Positions 63,310-64,000 of a DNA stretch of 64,000 nt are shown here, piece by piece (positions within the stretch are counted from its first letter, which is position 1; the number at the start of each line of letters is the position of its first letter). The DNA lies in contig OZ176054.1 of the NCBI GenBank assembly GCA_964247055.1, positions 1,674,001 through 1,738,000 of the forward strand, written 5' to 3'. Both the position numbers and the translations under genes were made by a program. Below the pieces are notes generated by a model. It was not told the DNA's origin and ran no database searches. It worked only from the letters and a program-made list of their open reading frames with translations. The stretch comes from Paragordius varius (taxonomy: Eukaryota; Animalia; Nematomorpha).

Positions 63310-64000
63310 ATTTTCATTTAAATATTGTTTATATTTATATTAACATTTCACTTCATTACGTTTTCGCTTTTTTGAACGCGTTAACATCGTGAGAGGTAGT
63401 TTTTTAGTCCAGAGCTTAAAGTAGTAAAAAAACTACTGGTTCAAAAGTTGTTTTGGTCAAAATTTAATCATCAAACCCTCTTTCCTTGTATTAGATATTT
63501 ATATTTTTATAGTTTTTAACTTCTATAGCCCCGAATTCGGATAGCTTTAAAAAGAGTAAACAAACAGTTGGTGTTAAAATCAATGACTATCAAATGTTTT
63601 CTGGTAAATCCAATTCAAAACCTATATAAAGTTAAATATTTTTAACCAAAATACCCATTTGTCTATAGTATAGTAATAGCAAATCAAAAATATTTATGAA
63701 AAAAATGATGGGGAAAAAGTATGAGATGAGTTTCTACAATTTTATATTTTTTTAGAAAATTTTTGCATCTTACTAAAGGCTAAAAATGGCATACTTTTAT
63801 AATGACCTAATGCTATAAATATATTTTAAAATATTTTATTTTAAAAGGCCCTGGGTTATAAACTACCCAAAAAGTAGCGAAGCGTTAAATTCCGCTTCTT
63901 TGAAATATTTCAATTTTTTACACATAGATATATTTTCTATCAATCATCGCGATTTGGGAAATAAAATTTATTTAAATATTAAATAATTTGCCCCAATCAC

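Overview
Very AT-rich eukaryotic DNA from an invertebrate animal; a luqin/RYamide-type receptor suggests a non-chordate bilaterian, but the species cannot be determined from the sequence. Manual splicing gives eight recognisable protein-coding genes: TRDMT1/DNMT2 (-), STAMBP/AMSH (-), a small ANAPC16-like gene absent from the ORF track (+), RCL1 (+), NMRK (-), a RYamide/luqin-type GPCR (+), a divergent synaptotagmin-like gene (-) and a BMP/ADMP-like TGF-beta ligand (+). There is also a probable unidentified gene ending just upstream of NMRK. The most striking features are: (1) eleven frame-supported micro-introns of 21-34 nt confined to the 5' ends of genes, while 3' introns are long and MITE-laden; (2) operon-like packing, with the ANAPC16 stop 2 nt before the RCL1 ATG, the unknown gene stop 24 nt before the NMRK ATG, and only 57 nt between the divergent STAMBP and ANAPC16 ATGs; (3) a GT-TG micro-intron needed for an intact DNMT2; (4) very large insertions in normally compact proteins (GPCR ICL1 about 278 aa, BMP mature domain, RCL1); and (5) a roughly 3.2-kb foldback element built from tandem repeats, plus several hAT-type and other MITE families. 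No rRNA, tRNA or CRISPR was recognised. Protein comparisons are from recalled family sequences, not database searches.
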